Below the pieces are notes generated by a model, which saw nothing but the letters and a program-made list of their open reading frames with translations, searched no databases and was not told the DNA's origin. From the IMG/VR virus record IMGVR_UViG_2681813004_000004: a stretch of DNA of 19,742 bases; one strand, written 5' to 3'. The translations under genes were made by a program, and so were the position numbers. Positions 1 to 6,982 of the stretch are shown piece by piece. The first letter of the stretch is position 1. Each line of letters starts with the position of its first letter. The stretch comes from a virus (taxonomy: Duplodnaviria > Heunggongvirae > Uroviricota > Caudoviricetes).

Positions 1-2
1 GT

Positions 3-110
3 CTGACACTGGGACTGAATGCGCTGACGCTGACGGATGTTACAAAAAATGCAGCGTATGGCGTTGAGATAGAAAGTCTGGTGCTGGAGATAAATGCACC
101 GGCAGCATAA
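3..110 (+). CDS. 3' end of an upstream CDS that enters the window (C-terminus ...LVLEINAPAA); product not recognised
   Basis: Frame is open from the window edge and ends in tandem stops TAA TAA (108-113); no start codon in window. Confidence 0.4.
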   Translation: MTLGLNALTLTDVTKNAAYGVEIESLVLEINAPAA

Positions 111-111
111 T

Positions 112-153
112 AAAAAAAGAGCCAGCGACTGACCTGAAAGAAGACGCTGGCTA
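112..153 (-). terminator. A-run plus GC hairpin (agccagcg / cgctggct, about 17-nt loop); would read as hairpin followed by U-run on the minus strand
   Basis: Inverted repeat 120-127 / 145-152 with A7 at 112-118. Loop is long for an intrinsic terminator, so function is uncertain. Confidence 0.25.
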
Positions 154-259
154 AAAGGCCTTATATGTTTGTAGAGACTTATTTTTCACAGACAGCAATG
201 ATGCCTGTCAATATATTATCAATATGCGGATTGTTTCAGTTACAGATGCTTTATTAAGG

Positions 260-302
260 AAAAAAACAGCCAGCACTGACTTTCGGTGGAGAGGTGCTGG
301 CT
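260..302 (-). terminator. Second copy of the A-run plus hairpin module (agccagcac / gtgctggct)
   Basis: Inverted repeat 268-276 / 294-302 preceded by A7 at 260-266; same architecture as 112-153 with compensatory stem changes. Confidence 0.25.
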
Positions 303-557
303 CAGAAGGATAGTTGGATTTCACATGATACTTATGCCTGGCGGTATATTTTCTGACAGACAGTGACGGGTGTTGTCAAGATATTGTGTCATTTATAACC
401 TGAATCAGGGGAGGCCGGAATGTTATCTGGCATTTTTAGCAGAGCCTGAATGCCATAATCACGGCTCCCGGAGTTGGCCGTCAGTGGGTGACACTGGTGG
501 TTTTTTTGTTTTTCTTTACTTTCATTTTCTGTCGGCGGTGACGGAGACATACATCAG

Positions 558-764
558 ATGGAAAAAATCACAACGGGTGTGTCATACACCACGTCAGCGG
601 TGGGGACGGGATACTGGTTACTGCAGCTGCTGGACAAAGTCTCTCCGTCCCAGTGGGTGGCAATCGGTGTGCTGGGGAGTCTGCTGTTTGGCCTGCTGAC
701 GTATCTGACTAACCTTTATTTCAAGATTAAAGAAGATAAGCGTAAGGTGGCGCGGGGAGAGTAG
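558..764 (+). CDS. S: Class II holin (pinholin), phage 21 S-like, 68 aa
   Basis: Protein [26 protein letters not shown]...[22 protein letters not shown] closely resembles the S21 pinholin as I recall it (two TMDs, charged C-tail); GGAG upstream of ATG; lies upstream of a SAR endolysin. Confidence 0.88.
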   Translation: MEKITTGVSYTTSAVGTGYWLLQLLDKVSPSQWVAIGVLGSLLFGLLTYLTNLYFKIKEDKRKVARGE

Positions 765-1019
765 TCGATGAATAAACAATACGAACTGGTTGTAAAATGA
801 ATATTTCTAACTGAAAAAACGTTCCATGAGGTAAGAAAAGGTCACAGGCAATCAATAACAGGACGTGATGAAAGACCCTTGCATTTGTGCGCTTTCTCTT
901 TAGATAGCAGCAGATACTGAAAATCTGAGTTGTCGGGGAGTCAGGGATACAGCTGTGCAAGAGTTGGTCATTGTGATTCCATTGAAATCCTGTATGCCAT
1001 GAAGGGCAGGATTTTATGG

Positions 1020-1334
1020 CTACCTGAGCTTTGGTGATAGTAAGTTGAAAATTCGCATTTTTTGCTGACATGCGTAACGAGAATCCCATAAGCAGGGAGG
1101 ACTTAATTCTTCATTAACCCATGCGTTGATATTATGTTTCAGCCGTTGAAGCATCAGCGGTGTTAATGTTGTGGTAATAATATCCAGCGTTTTATGTGAG
1201 ATCTTACCGTAAGGGTCTGCAAGAATGCTGCTTGTTGCTTCGTTATTATCTGCCATCAGAAGAAGTAACTCTGATTTAACGTTTTCTGTCATTAGTTGTA
1301 AAAATCTTCTGCGCAAACTTTCTTTACTGTTCAT
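1020..1334 (-). CDS. Hypothetical protein (104 aa) encoded antisense within an AT-rich insert between holin and endolysin; candidate moron
   Basis: ATG-initiated minus-strand ORF in a visibly AT-richer segment (about 765-1450); TATAAT-like -10 element on the minus strand near 1408-1416; no recognisable domain. Confidence 0.35.
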   Translation of the reverse strand: MNSKESLRRRFLQLMTENVKSELLLLMADNNEATSSILADPYGKISHKTLDIITTTLTPLMLQRLKHNINAWVNEELSPPCLWDSRYACQQKMRIFNLLSPKLR

Positions 1335-1451
1335 TTATATGGCTTCATTTGTTGTAATCTGCTGCGTCTCAAGGGATATGTTTATGAGAGCGACCATGAG
1401 TGTTGGATTATATACCTAACATATCAAGGGATTAGAAATCGATAAATCCCC

Positions 1452-1985
1452 ATGAACGAAAAAATAAAATACGGCCTGTCGGCTGCCGTTCTGGCGCTGA
1501 TTGGTGCAGGTGCTTCTGCGCCTGAAATCCTCGACCAGTTTCTGGATGAAAAGGAAGGTAACCACACCACGGCATACCGTGATGGTGCGGGGATCTGGAC
1601 CATCTGCCGTGGTGCCATTCTGGTGGATGGTAAGCCTGTTATTCCTGGCATGAAGCTGTCAAAGGAAAAATGCGACCGGGTTAATGCCATCGAACGTGAC
1701 AAGGCGCTGGCATGGGTGGAGAAAAACATCCGGGTGCCGCTGACCGAACCCCAGAAAGCGGGGATCGCGTCATTCTGTCCGTACAACATTGGCCCCGGTA
1801 AGTGCTTCCCGTCGACGTTTTATAAACGAATTAATGCAGGCGATCGAAAAGGTGCCTGTGAGGCGATTCGCTGGTGGATTAAGGACGGTGGCAGAGACTG
1901 CCGTATCCGTTCAAATAATTGCTACGGTCAGGTCTCACGGCGTGACCAGGAGAGCGCGCTGGCGTGCTGGGACATCGACAGATAG
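1452..1985 (+). CDS. R: SAR endolysin (phage lysozyme, GH24 T4-lysozyme-like), 177 aa
   Basis: N-terminal Gly/Ala-rich weakly hydrophobic segment (LSAAVLALIGAGASAP) typical of a signal-anchor-release domain, followed by a lysozyme-like catalytic region; resembles R21 and Stx-phage endolysins from memory. Confidence 0.9.
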   Translation: MNEKIKYGLSAAVLALIGAGASAPEILDQFLDEKEGNHTTAYRDGAGIWTICRGAILVDGKPVIPGMKLSKEKCDRVNAIERDKALAWVEKNIRVPLTEPQKAGIASFCPYNIGPGKCFPSTFYKRINAGDRKGACEAIRWWIKDGGRDCRIRSNNCYGQVSRRDQESALACWDIDR

Positions 1986-2078
1986 CAGAATATTTTCCTG
2001 AAAAATGACGTTGGCCAACGCGGGTGGATAACACGAAATCCTGAAAACTGGTAAAACCTAAGTGAATAAAAGTAAAAA

Positions 2079-2116
2079 CCCCGTTTGTTGGCAGCAAGCG
2101 GGGTTTTGTGTTTTCT
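2079..2116 (+). terminator. Rho-independent terminator between R and Rz
   Basis: ccccgtttg / caagcgggg stem (9 bp, one G-U), 7-nt loop, followed by ttttgtgttttct. Confidence 0.6.
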
Positions 2117-2205
2117 GACCTTGAGTAAGGCAAGGGAGAAATTATGGGTAGGGAGGTACTTTCCCTGTGAGGAAGTATAAAAGATTCTTTCTGAGGTTGT
2201 CCATT

Positions 2206-2319
2206 ATGAAAGGCATTGAAGTGGAGACGCCAGCCAGTCTGGATTTAACAAGAGCGGCAGCTTTTGCCATTCGTATTGTGGCCATTGCTGTTCTGGTCTG
2301 GGCAATCCGTTGGTGGTGA
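2206..2319 (+). CDS. Candidate small hydrophobic peptide (37 aa, MKGIEVETPASLDLTRAAAFAIRIVAIAVLVWAIRWW); stop overlaps the Rz start region
   Basis: ATG preceded by GAGG about 8 nt upstream; C-terminal TM-like segment; TGA at 2317-2319 is immediately followed by the Rz ATG at 2321. Below the ORF-track length cutoff. Confidence 0.25.
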   Translation: MKGIEVETPASLDLTRAAAFAIRIVAIAVLVWAIRWW

Positions 2320-2320
2320 T

Positions 2321-2788
2321 ATGAACCGTGTTCTGTGCGTGGTTATCATTGTCCTGCTGGTGGCCTGTGGTGCGCTTAGTCTGGGGCTGAATCATTACCG
2401 TGATCACGCCATCATCTACAAAGAGCAGCGCGATAAAAAAGCCAGTGAGCTGGAGCTGGCGAACGCGACAATTACTGATATGCAGATACGCCAGCGTGAT
2501 GTCGCTGCACTTGATGCCAGATACTCGAGGGAATTAGCCGATGCGAGAGCTGAAAATGAAACTCTGCGTGCTGATGTTGCCGCTGGTCGTAAGCGCCTGC
2601 GGATCAACGCCACCTGCTCCGGTACCGTGCGTGAAGCCACCGGCACCTCCGGCGTGGATAATGCAACCGGCCCCCGACTGGCAGACACCGCTGAACGGGA
2701 TTATTTCATCCTCAGAGAACGGCTGATGGCAATGCAGAAGCAACTGGAAGGAGCACAGGAATATATCCGTACCCAGTGTATACCGTGA
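2321..2788 (+). CDS. Rz: Rz i-spanin (inner-membrane spanin subunit), 155 aa
   Basis: MNRVLCVVIIVLLVACGALSLGLNHYRD... N-terminal TMD followed by a coiled-coil-like region; strong resemblance to lambda Rz. The ORF-track start at 2264 is a TTG extension not supported by homologs. Confidence 0.88.
   Translation: MNRVLCVVIIVLLVACGALSLGLNHYRDHAIIYKEQRDKKASELELANATITDMQIRQRDVAALDARYSRELADARAENETLRADVAAGRKRLRINATCSGTVREATGTSGVDNATGPRLADTAERDYFILRERLMAMQKQLEGAQEYIRTQCIP
2541..2726 (+). CDS. Rz1: Rz1 o-spanin lipoprotein, embedded in the +1 frame of Rz, 61 aa
   Basis: Entirely inside Rz in a different frame; signal peptide with lipobox LVVSAC then a proline-rich mature region (PPAPVPCVKPPAPPAWIMQPAPDWQTPLNG), as in lambda Rz1. 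Confidence 0.8.
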   Translation: MRELKMKLCVLMLPLVVSACGSTPPAPVPCVKPPAPPAWIMQPAPDWQTPLNGIISSSENG

Positions 2789-3253
2789 TGTTTTGTTATG
2801 AAGGTGTTACTGGTAACGTTAAGGTAATTTAACAAAGAGTCAGTTCCGGACTTTATAGTGTGCTCAGTTCATGGCCAAAAACGATTTCTGTGATAAATAT
2901 TTTGAATATTATTTACAGGTAAATGGAGTGGGGCACATGGATAGAAATATTACAATAGAGAATGAAGTATATGCCCGTATTGTATGGGCAGAGAAGGCAA
3001 AAACACGGTAATTCCGTGTGTTGCCATGATACCTGATTGGCAGAATAGTTGTTTGGTTTTGAGTATATAGTCAGCGTTTTTTGTTCAGTAATTGCTCCCT
3101 CAAAAAATAATAAAATAAGGTGATTATTTTTGTTTATTATTTAGTTTTTTTTGTGTGTTGTTTTATTGTTTTTGCGTGGTTTGTTTTTTATTGTTATTTC
3201 ATTAAGGGAAGGTAAATTCAGGATGGCAGTCTGTAGATAATCGGAGGTCACTT

Positions 3254-3568
3254 ATGCTACATGATCACGTGGCAGAATGTCTGGAGAAAAAAGGACTGTA
3301 CCGGAGAGCAGCTGAACGATGGGCAAAAGTGATGGTACAGCTAAGTGATGACCAGAAAAGAAAAGTAGCGGCACAGAAACGAGCAGAGTGTTTGCGTAAG
3401 GCGCGCCGGACTCCGGTTTCACCGGTGAACCTGACCGAAATAAAACAAGCGGTCAACAGACTACATTCTGAGTTGGGAATGGGATTTGAAGAGCGGCGGG
3501 TATTCCGACGATATAAAGGGACAGGAGAACAGAATACGTCCGGAAACGCGCGGTCAAAAAAATGCTAA
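3254..3568 (+). CDS. PerC-family-like transcriptional regulator (Pch-like), 104 aa; moron
   Basis: GGAGG about 6 nt upstream of ATG; the motif LEKKGLYRRAAERWAKVM matches my recollection of the PerC/Pch family; basic C-terminus; sits between Rz and cos where lambdoid prophages carry morons. Confidence 0.6.
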   Translation: MLHDHVAECLEKKGLYRRAAERWAKVMVQLSDDQKRKVAAQKRAECLRKARRTPVSPVNLTEIKQAVNRLHSELGMGFEERRVFRRYKGTGEQNTSGNARSKKC

Positions 3569-3604
3569 AAAATATCTGAGAGAGTTATTGCCTGTTACCA
3601 TAAG

Positions 3605-3632
3605 AAAAAGCGACTTTAGTGGTCGCTTTTTG
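3605..3632. terminator. Bidirectional rho-independent terminator between convergent genes
   Basis: aaaagcgac / gtcgctttt stem with 7-nt loop, flanked by an A-run upstream and a T-run downstream; lies between the + gene ending 3568 and the - gene ending 3650. Confidence 0.6.
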
Positions 3633-3649
3633 TGTCATATATAAGTCGT

Positions 3650-3874
3650 TTAAGTAAACCTGTCTGAACAGGTGCTCTGGTCGTGTTTGTCTTTGTTGGG
3701 TACAAATTGAGAATATTTTTCATTAATTAATCTTCTTCTGCAGGCTTCAATAACCCACGCTGAAAAATTACCTGAACCTTTCAGGTCAAGAGCGATGTTA
3801 ATTTGTTCAATTATCTGGTTTGGAAATCGGATGTTGCGGGTTGTTGTTCTGCGGGTTCTGTTCTTTGATGACAT
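3650..3874 (-). CDS. Small putative ribbon-helix-helix-like DNA-binding protein (74 aa), possibly DUF3950/YlcI-like
   Basis: ATG-initiated minus-strand ORF; basic N-terminus followed by IRFPNQIIEQINIALDLKG...SAWVIEACRRRL, consistent with a beta-strand plus two helices; adjacent to cos as in several E. coli prophages (from memory). Confidence 0.5.
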   Translation of the reverse strand: MSSKNRTRRTTTRNIRFPNQIIEQINIALDLKGSGNFSAWVIEACRRRLINEKYSQFVPNKDKHDQSTCSDRFT

Positions 3875-4081
3875 AATGTTGCCCCGTATTCAGTGTTGCT
3901 GATTTGTATTATCTGAAGTTGCTTTTACGCTAATTTGATGCAGATCAATTAATACGATACCTGCGTAATAATTGATTATTTCTCGTGGTTTGATGGCGTA
4001 CACACATGTCGTGATAAACCTCATGTAGATGATAATTATTATCATTTTCGTGGGTCCTTTCCGGCGATCCGACAGGTTACG

Positions 4082-4093
4082 GGGCGGCGACCT
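4082..4093 (+). other. cosN cohesive-end sequence GGGCGGCGACCT, copy 1, preceded by a cosQ-like segment
   Basis: 12-nt sequence identical to the lambda cohesive end as I recall it, preceded by ...tcctttccggcgatccgacaggttacg (lambda right-end / cosQ-like). Confidence 0.7.
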
Positions 4094-4187
4094 CGCGGGT
4101 TTTCGCTATTTATGAAAATTTTCCGGGGTTATTGCTCAATAATTATTATCATTTTTCGGGTCCTTTCCGGCGATCCGACAGGTTACG

Positions 4188-4199
4188 GGGCGGCGACCT
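4188..4199 (+). other. cosN cohesive-end sequence GGGCGGCGACCT, copy 2 (the copy adjacent to cosB)
   Basis: Same 12-mer and same flanks as copy 1; followed directly by the R3-I1-R2-R1-like array. Confidence 0.75.
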
Positions 4200-4235
4200 C
4201 GCGGGTTTTCGCTATTTATGAAAATTTTCCGGGAT

Positions 4236-4344
4236 CCATGTCCGGTTTCTCTTCAAGTTAACTATATGAAAAATATAAAAACAGGTCTTCTGTGAACCGG
4301 ACATGAACAAAAAACAGACATGTAAACCGGACATGACCGGTTTT
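4236..4344 (+). promoter_or_regulatory. cosB-like terminase small-subunit binding region: three R elements sharing the core aaccggacatg (one inverted) and an A/T-rich IHF-like site
   Basis: catgtccggtt at 4238-4248 (inverted), aaccggacatg at 4295-4305 and 4325-4335, A/T-rich segment 4256-4285 between the first two; immediately upstream of the Nu1-like gene. Confidence 0.6.
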
Positions 4345-4382
4345 GTTGTGATTGTGAGGTGAGAGTTTTTGCGAGGTGAGGA

Positions 4383-4892
4383 GTGGCTACGCAGACTGAA
4401 GTTGCCAGGCATTTAAGTCTGACCGATCGCCAGCTTCGCAGATTGCAGAAATTGCCGGGTGCCCCGATATCGAATAAGCGAGGGCAACTGGATCTGGATG
4501 CCTGGCGCGATTTTTACATATCGTATCTGAGGAGAAGTAAAAACGATGTGCCTGATGGCGATAGCGAAGACGACTATGAGGAGAAATTGCTTATTGCCAG
4601 ATGGGAACTGACAGCAGAACAGGCTGTTACACAGCAGTTAAAAAATGAGGTGTCAAAAGGAAAACTTATTGACACCGGGTTCTGTATTTTTGCCCTCAGT
4701 AAGCTGGCAATGGCGTTATCCAGTACGCTTGATTCCATCCCTTTATCCATGCAACGACAGTTTCCTGATTTAACACCGCGCCATCTTGACCATCTGAAAA
4801 CCCTTATTGCGAAGGGGGCAAATCAGTGTGCGCGGGCGGGGGATAAATTACCGGATTTACTCGATGAATATATCAGAGCAACAACTGAATAA
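4383..4892 (+). CDS. nu1: Terminase small subunit (Nu1-like), GTG start, 169 aa
   Basis: C-terminal half (FCIFALSKLAMALSSTLDSIPLSMQRQFPDLTPRHLDHL...LLDEYI) resembles lambda Nu1; N-terminal region is HTH-like; GAGGTGAGGA precedes the GTG; directly downstream of cosB. Confidence 0.8.
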   Translation: MATQTEVARHLSLTDRQLRRLQKLPGAPISNKRGQLDLDAWRDFYISYLRRSKNDVPDGDSEDDYEEKLLIARWELTAEQAVTQQLKNEVSKGKLIDTGFCIFALSKLAMALSSTLDSIPLSMQRQFPDLTPRHLDHLKTLIAKGANQCARAGDKLPDLLDEYIRATTE

Positions 4893-6792
4893 TATGATGA
4901 GTGCTGTCACAACAGCATTACAGCCCCTGATAAGGGCATTGCCGGTGACGCCAGTTGAATGGGCTGATCAAAATTATTATCTGCCTAAAGAATCTTCATA
5001 TGGTGAGGGAGAATGGAAAACGCTGCCATTCCAGATCGCCATTATGAACTGTATGGGTAACGACCAGGTTCGCACGGTTAACCTGATTAAATCTGCCCGT
5101 GTTGGCTATACAAAGATGTTGCTGGGGGTGGTCGGGTATTTTATTGAGCATAAATCCCGAAACAGTCTGCTTTTTCAGCCCACGGATTCTGCCGCTGAAG
5201 ATTTTATGAAGTCTCACGTGGAGGCGACGATTCGGAACGTGCCATGCCTGAAAGACCTTTCCCCATGGCTGGGTCGTAAACATCGTGACAATACTCTCAC
5301 GCTGAAACGCTTTTCATCGGGCGTCGGTTTCTGGTGCCTGGGCGGCGCTGCCGCCAAAAACTACCGTGAAAAATCCGTGGACGTGGTCTGCTATGACGAA
5401 CTTTCCTCGTTCGAGCCGGATGTCGAAAAAGAGGGCTCGCCAACCCTGCTGGGGGATAAGCGTATTGAGGGGGCGGTGTGGCCAAAATCCATTCGCGGCT
5501 CGACGCCTAAAATCAAAGGCACCTGCCAGATCGAAAAAGCCGCTAACGAGTCGGCGCATTTTATGCGTTTTTATGTGCCCTGCCCGCACTGTGGGGAGGC
5601 GCAGTATCTGAAATTTGGCGATGAGTCCACGCCTTTTGGGCTTAAATGGGAGAAGGACAGCCCCGAAAGTGTTTTCTACCTCTGTGAACATCATGGCTGC
5701 GTGATCCATCAGTCTGAACTGGACCAGAGCAACGGGCGGTGGATCTGTGAAAACACGGGCATGTGGACCCGTGACGGTCTGACGTTTTTCAGCGCCCGGG
5801 GTGATGAAATTCCGCCGCCGCGCTCCATCACGTTCCATATCTGGACGGCGTACAGTCCGTTTACCACCTGGGTACAGATAGTCTATGACTGGCTGGATGC
5901 ACTGAAAGATCCCAACGGCCTGAAAACCTTTGTGAACACCACGCTGGGCGAGACCTGGGAAGAAGCCGTGGGCGAAAAACTCGATCACCAGGTACTGATG
6001 GATAAGGTCGTGCATTACACGGCGGCGGTACCTGCCCGGGTGGTTTATCTGACGGCGGGCATTGACTCGCAGCGAAACCGTTTTGAGATGTATGTCTGGG
6101 GATGGGCACCGGGAGAGGAAGCTTTTCTGGTGGATAAAATCATCATTATGGGCCGTCCCGATGAGGAAGAGACGCTGTTACGTGTGGATGCGGCGATCAA
6201 CAAAAAATACTGCCATGCAGACGGAACCGAAATGACCATTTCCCGTGTCTGCTGGGACACCGGGGGGATCGATGGTGAAATTGTCTATCAGAGGTCAAAA
6301 AAACACGGTGTTTTCCGGGTGCTGCCGGTAAAAGGCGCATCTGTCTATGGCAAGCCGGTGATCACCATGCCGAAAACCCGCAATCAGCGGGGCGTGTATC
6401 TGTGTGAAGTGGGGACGGACACCGCAAAAGAAATTCTCTATGCCCGTATGAAAGCCGATCCCACTCCTGCGGATGAAGCCACGTCGTATGCCATCCGTTT
6501 TCCTGATGATCCGGAGATTTTTTCGCAGACAGAGGCGCAGCAACTGGTGGCGGAAGAGCTTGTGGAGAAGTGGGAAAAAGGAAAGATGCGTCTGCTGTGG
6601 GATAACAAAAAGCGGCGTAACGAAGCGCTGGACTGCCTGGTGTATGCCTACGCGGCATTACGTGTGTCCGTGCAACGCTGGCAGCTTGATCTGGCTGTAC
6701 TGGCAAAATCCCGGGAAGAAGAGACGACCCGGCCAACCCTGAAAGAACTGGCAGCGAAGCTGTCCGGAGGAGTGAATGGTTACAGTCGCTGA
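4864..6792 (+). CDS. A: Terminase large subunit (gpA-like), 642 aa
   Basis: MNISEQQLNN...VEWADQNYYLPKES...KNYREKSVDVV.YDEL...FVNTTLGETWEE...WDNKKRRNEALDC is near-collinear with lambda gpA. The ORF-track start at 4807 is a non-ATG 5' extension; ATG at 4864 matches the lambda start. Confidence 0.95.
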   Translation: MNISEQQLNNMMSAVTTALQPLIRALPVTPVEWADQNYYLPKESSYGEGEWKTLPFQIAIMNCMGNDQVRTVNLIKSARVGYTKMLLGVVGYFIEHKSRNSLLFQPTDSAAEDFMKSHVEATIRNVPCLKDLSPWLGRKHRDNTLTLKRFSSGVGFWCLGGAAAKNYREKSVDVVCYDELSSFEPDVEKEGSPTLLGDKRIEGAVWPKSIRGSTPKIKGTCQIEKAANESAHFMRFYVPCPHCGEAQYLKFGDESTPFGLKWEKDSPESVFYLCEHHGCVIHQSELDQSNGRWICENTGMWTRDGLTFFSARGDEIPPPRSITFHIWTAYSPFTTWVQIVYDWLDALKDPNGLKTFVNTTLGETWEEAVGEKLDHQVLMDKVVHYTAAVPARVVYLTAGIDSQRNRFEMYVWGWAPGEEAFLVDKIIIMGRPDEEETLLRVDAAINKKYCHADGTEMTISRVCWDTGGIDGEIVYQRSKKHGVFRVLPVKGASVYGKPVITMPKTRNQRGVYLCEVGTDTAKEILYARMKADPTPADEATSYAIRFPDDPEIFSQTEAQQLVAEELVEKWEKGKMRLLWDNKKRRNEALDCLVYAYAALRVSVQRWQLDLAVLAKSREEETTRPTLKELAAKLSGGVNGYSR

Positions 6793-6982
6793 ACTACAGG
6801 CGCTACGTCAGGCGCGCCTTGATTTATTAACCGGTAAACGGGTGGTGTCTGTCCAGAAAGATGGTCGCAGAATTGAATATACGGCGGCTTCTCTGGATGA
6901 GCTTAACCGGGCGATCAATGATGCGGAGTCGGTACTGGGGACAACCCGACGTCGCCGTCGTCCGCTGGGAGTGAGGTTATGA
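6776..6982 (+). CDS. W: Head-tail joining protein gpW-like, 68 aa
   Basis: ...LLTGKRVVSVQKDGRRIEYTAASLDEL... resembles lambda gpW; overlaps the A stop and the B start (ATGA). Confidence 0.85.
   Translation: MVTVAELQALRQARLDLLTGKRVVSVQKDGRRIEYTAASLDELNRAINDAESVLGTTRRRRRPLGVRL

Larger units (their letters stand above)
4031..4243. repeat. Imperfect tandem duplication (unit about 106 bp) of the cosQ-cosN region
   Basis: Units 4031-4136 and 4137-4243 share an identical core of about 80 bp (gggtcctttccggcgatccgacaggttacggggcggcgacctcgcgggttttcgctatttatgaaaattttccggg) and differ at the unit edges. Confidence 0.85.

Noticed and set aside
1-557. tRNA genes or stx toxin genes upstream of the lysis cassette
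   Set aside because: No tRNA-like cloverleaf signatures or toxin-sized ORFs in this part of the window; only the 3' end of an unidentified gene and structured intergenic DNA.
370-699. 109-aa plus-strand ORF overlapping the holin start
   Set aside because: Out of frame with S and passes through the hairpin/T-run region; Cys/Trp-rich translation with no recognisable features; the S frame is the one with homology.
2264-2320. N-terminal extension of Rz from a TTG start in the ORF track
   Set aside because: Homologous Rz proteins start at the MNRV-type methionine (2321); the extension overlaps the separate upstream small ORF in another frame.
2937-3011. 24-aa ORF (MDRNITIENEVYARIVWAEKAKTR) in the Rz to PerC-like intergenic region
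   Set aside because: Very short, no convincing RBS or conservation evidence available; noted only as a possible leader peptide.
2790-4030. Expected bor-like lipoprotein gene downstream of Rz (as in lambda)
   Set aside because: No ORF with a lipoprotein signal and Bor-like sequence was seen on either strand; the region holds the PerC-like and RHH-like genes instead.
4031-4243. Possibility that the direct repeats are a CRISPR array
   Set aside because: Only two copies, no spacer-repeat periodicity, and the repeat content is recognisable cos sequence.
4807-4863. 5' extensions from non-ATG starts for the terminase large subunit (also FI at 11540 and L copy 2 at 18824)
   Set aside because: Lambda-homologous N-termini begin at the internal ATGs (4864, 11588, 18845); the extensions run through the upstream gene end, a terminator hairpin, or the duplication junction.
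5314-6015. 233-aa minus-strand ORF inside the terminase large subunit gene
   Set aside because: Antisense to a strongly supported gene; no independent evidence.
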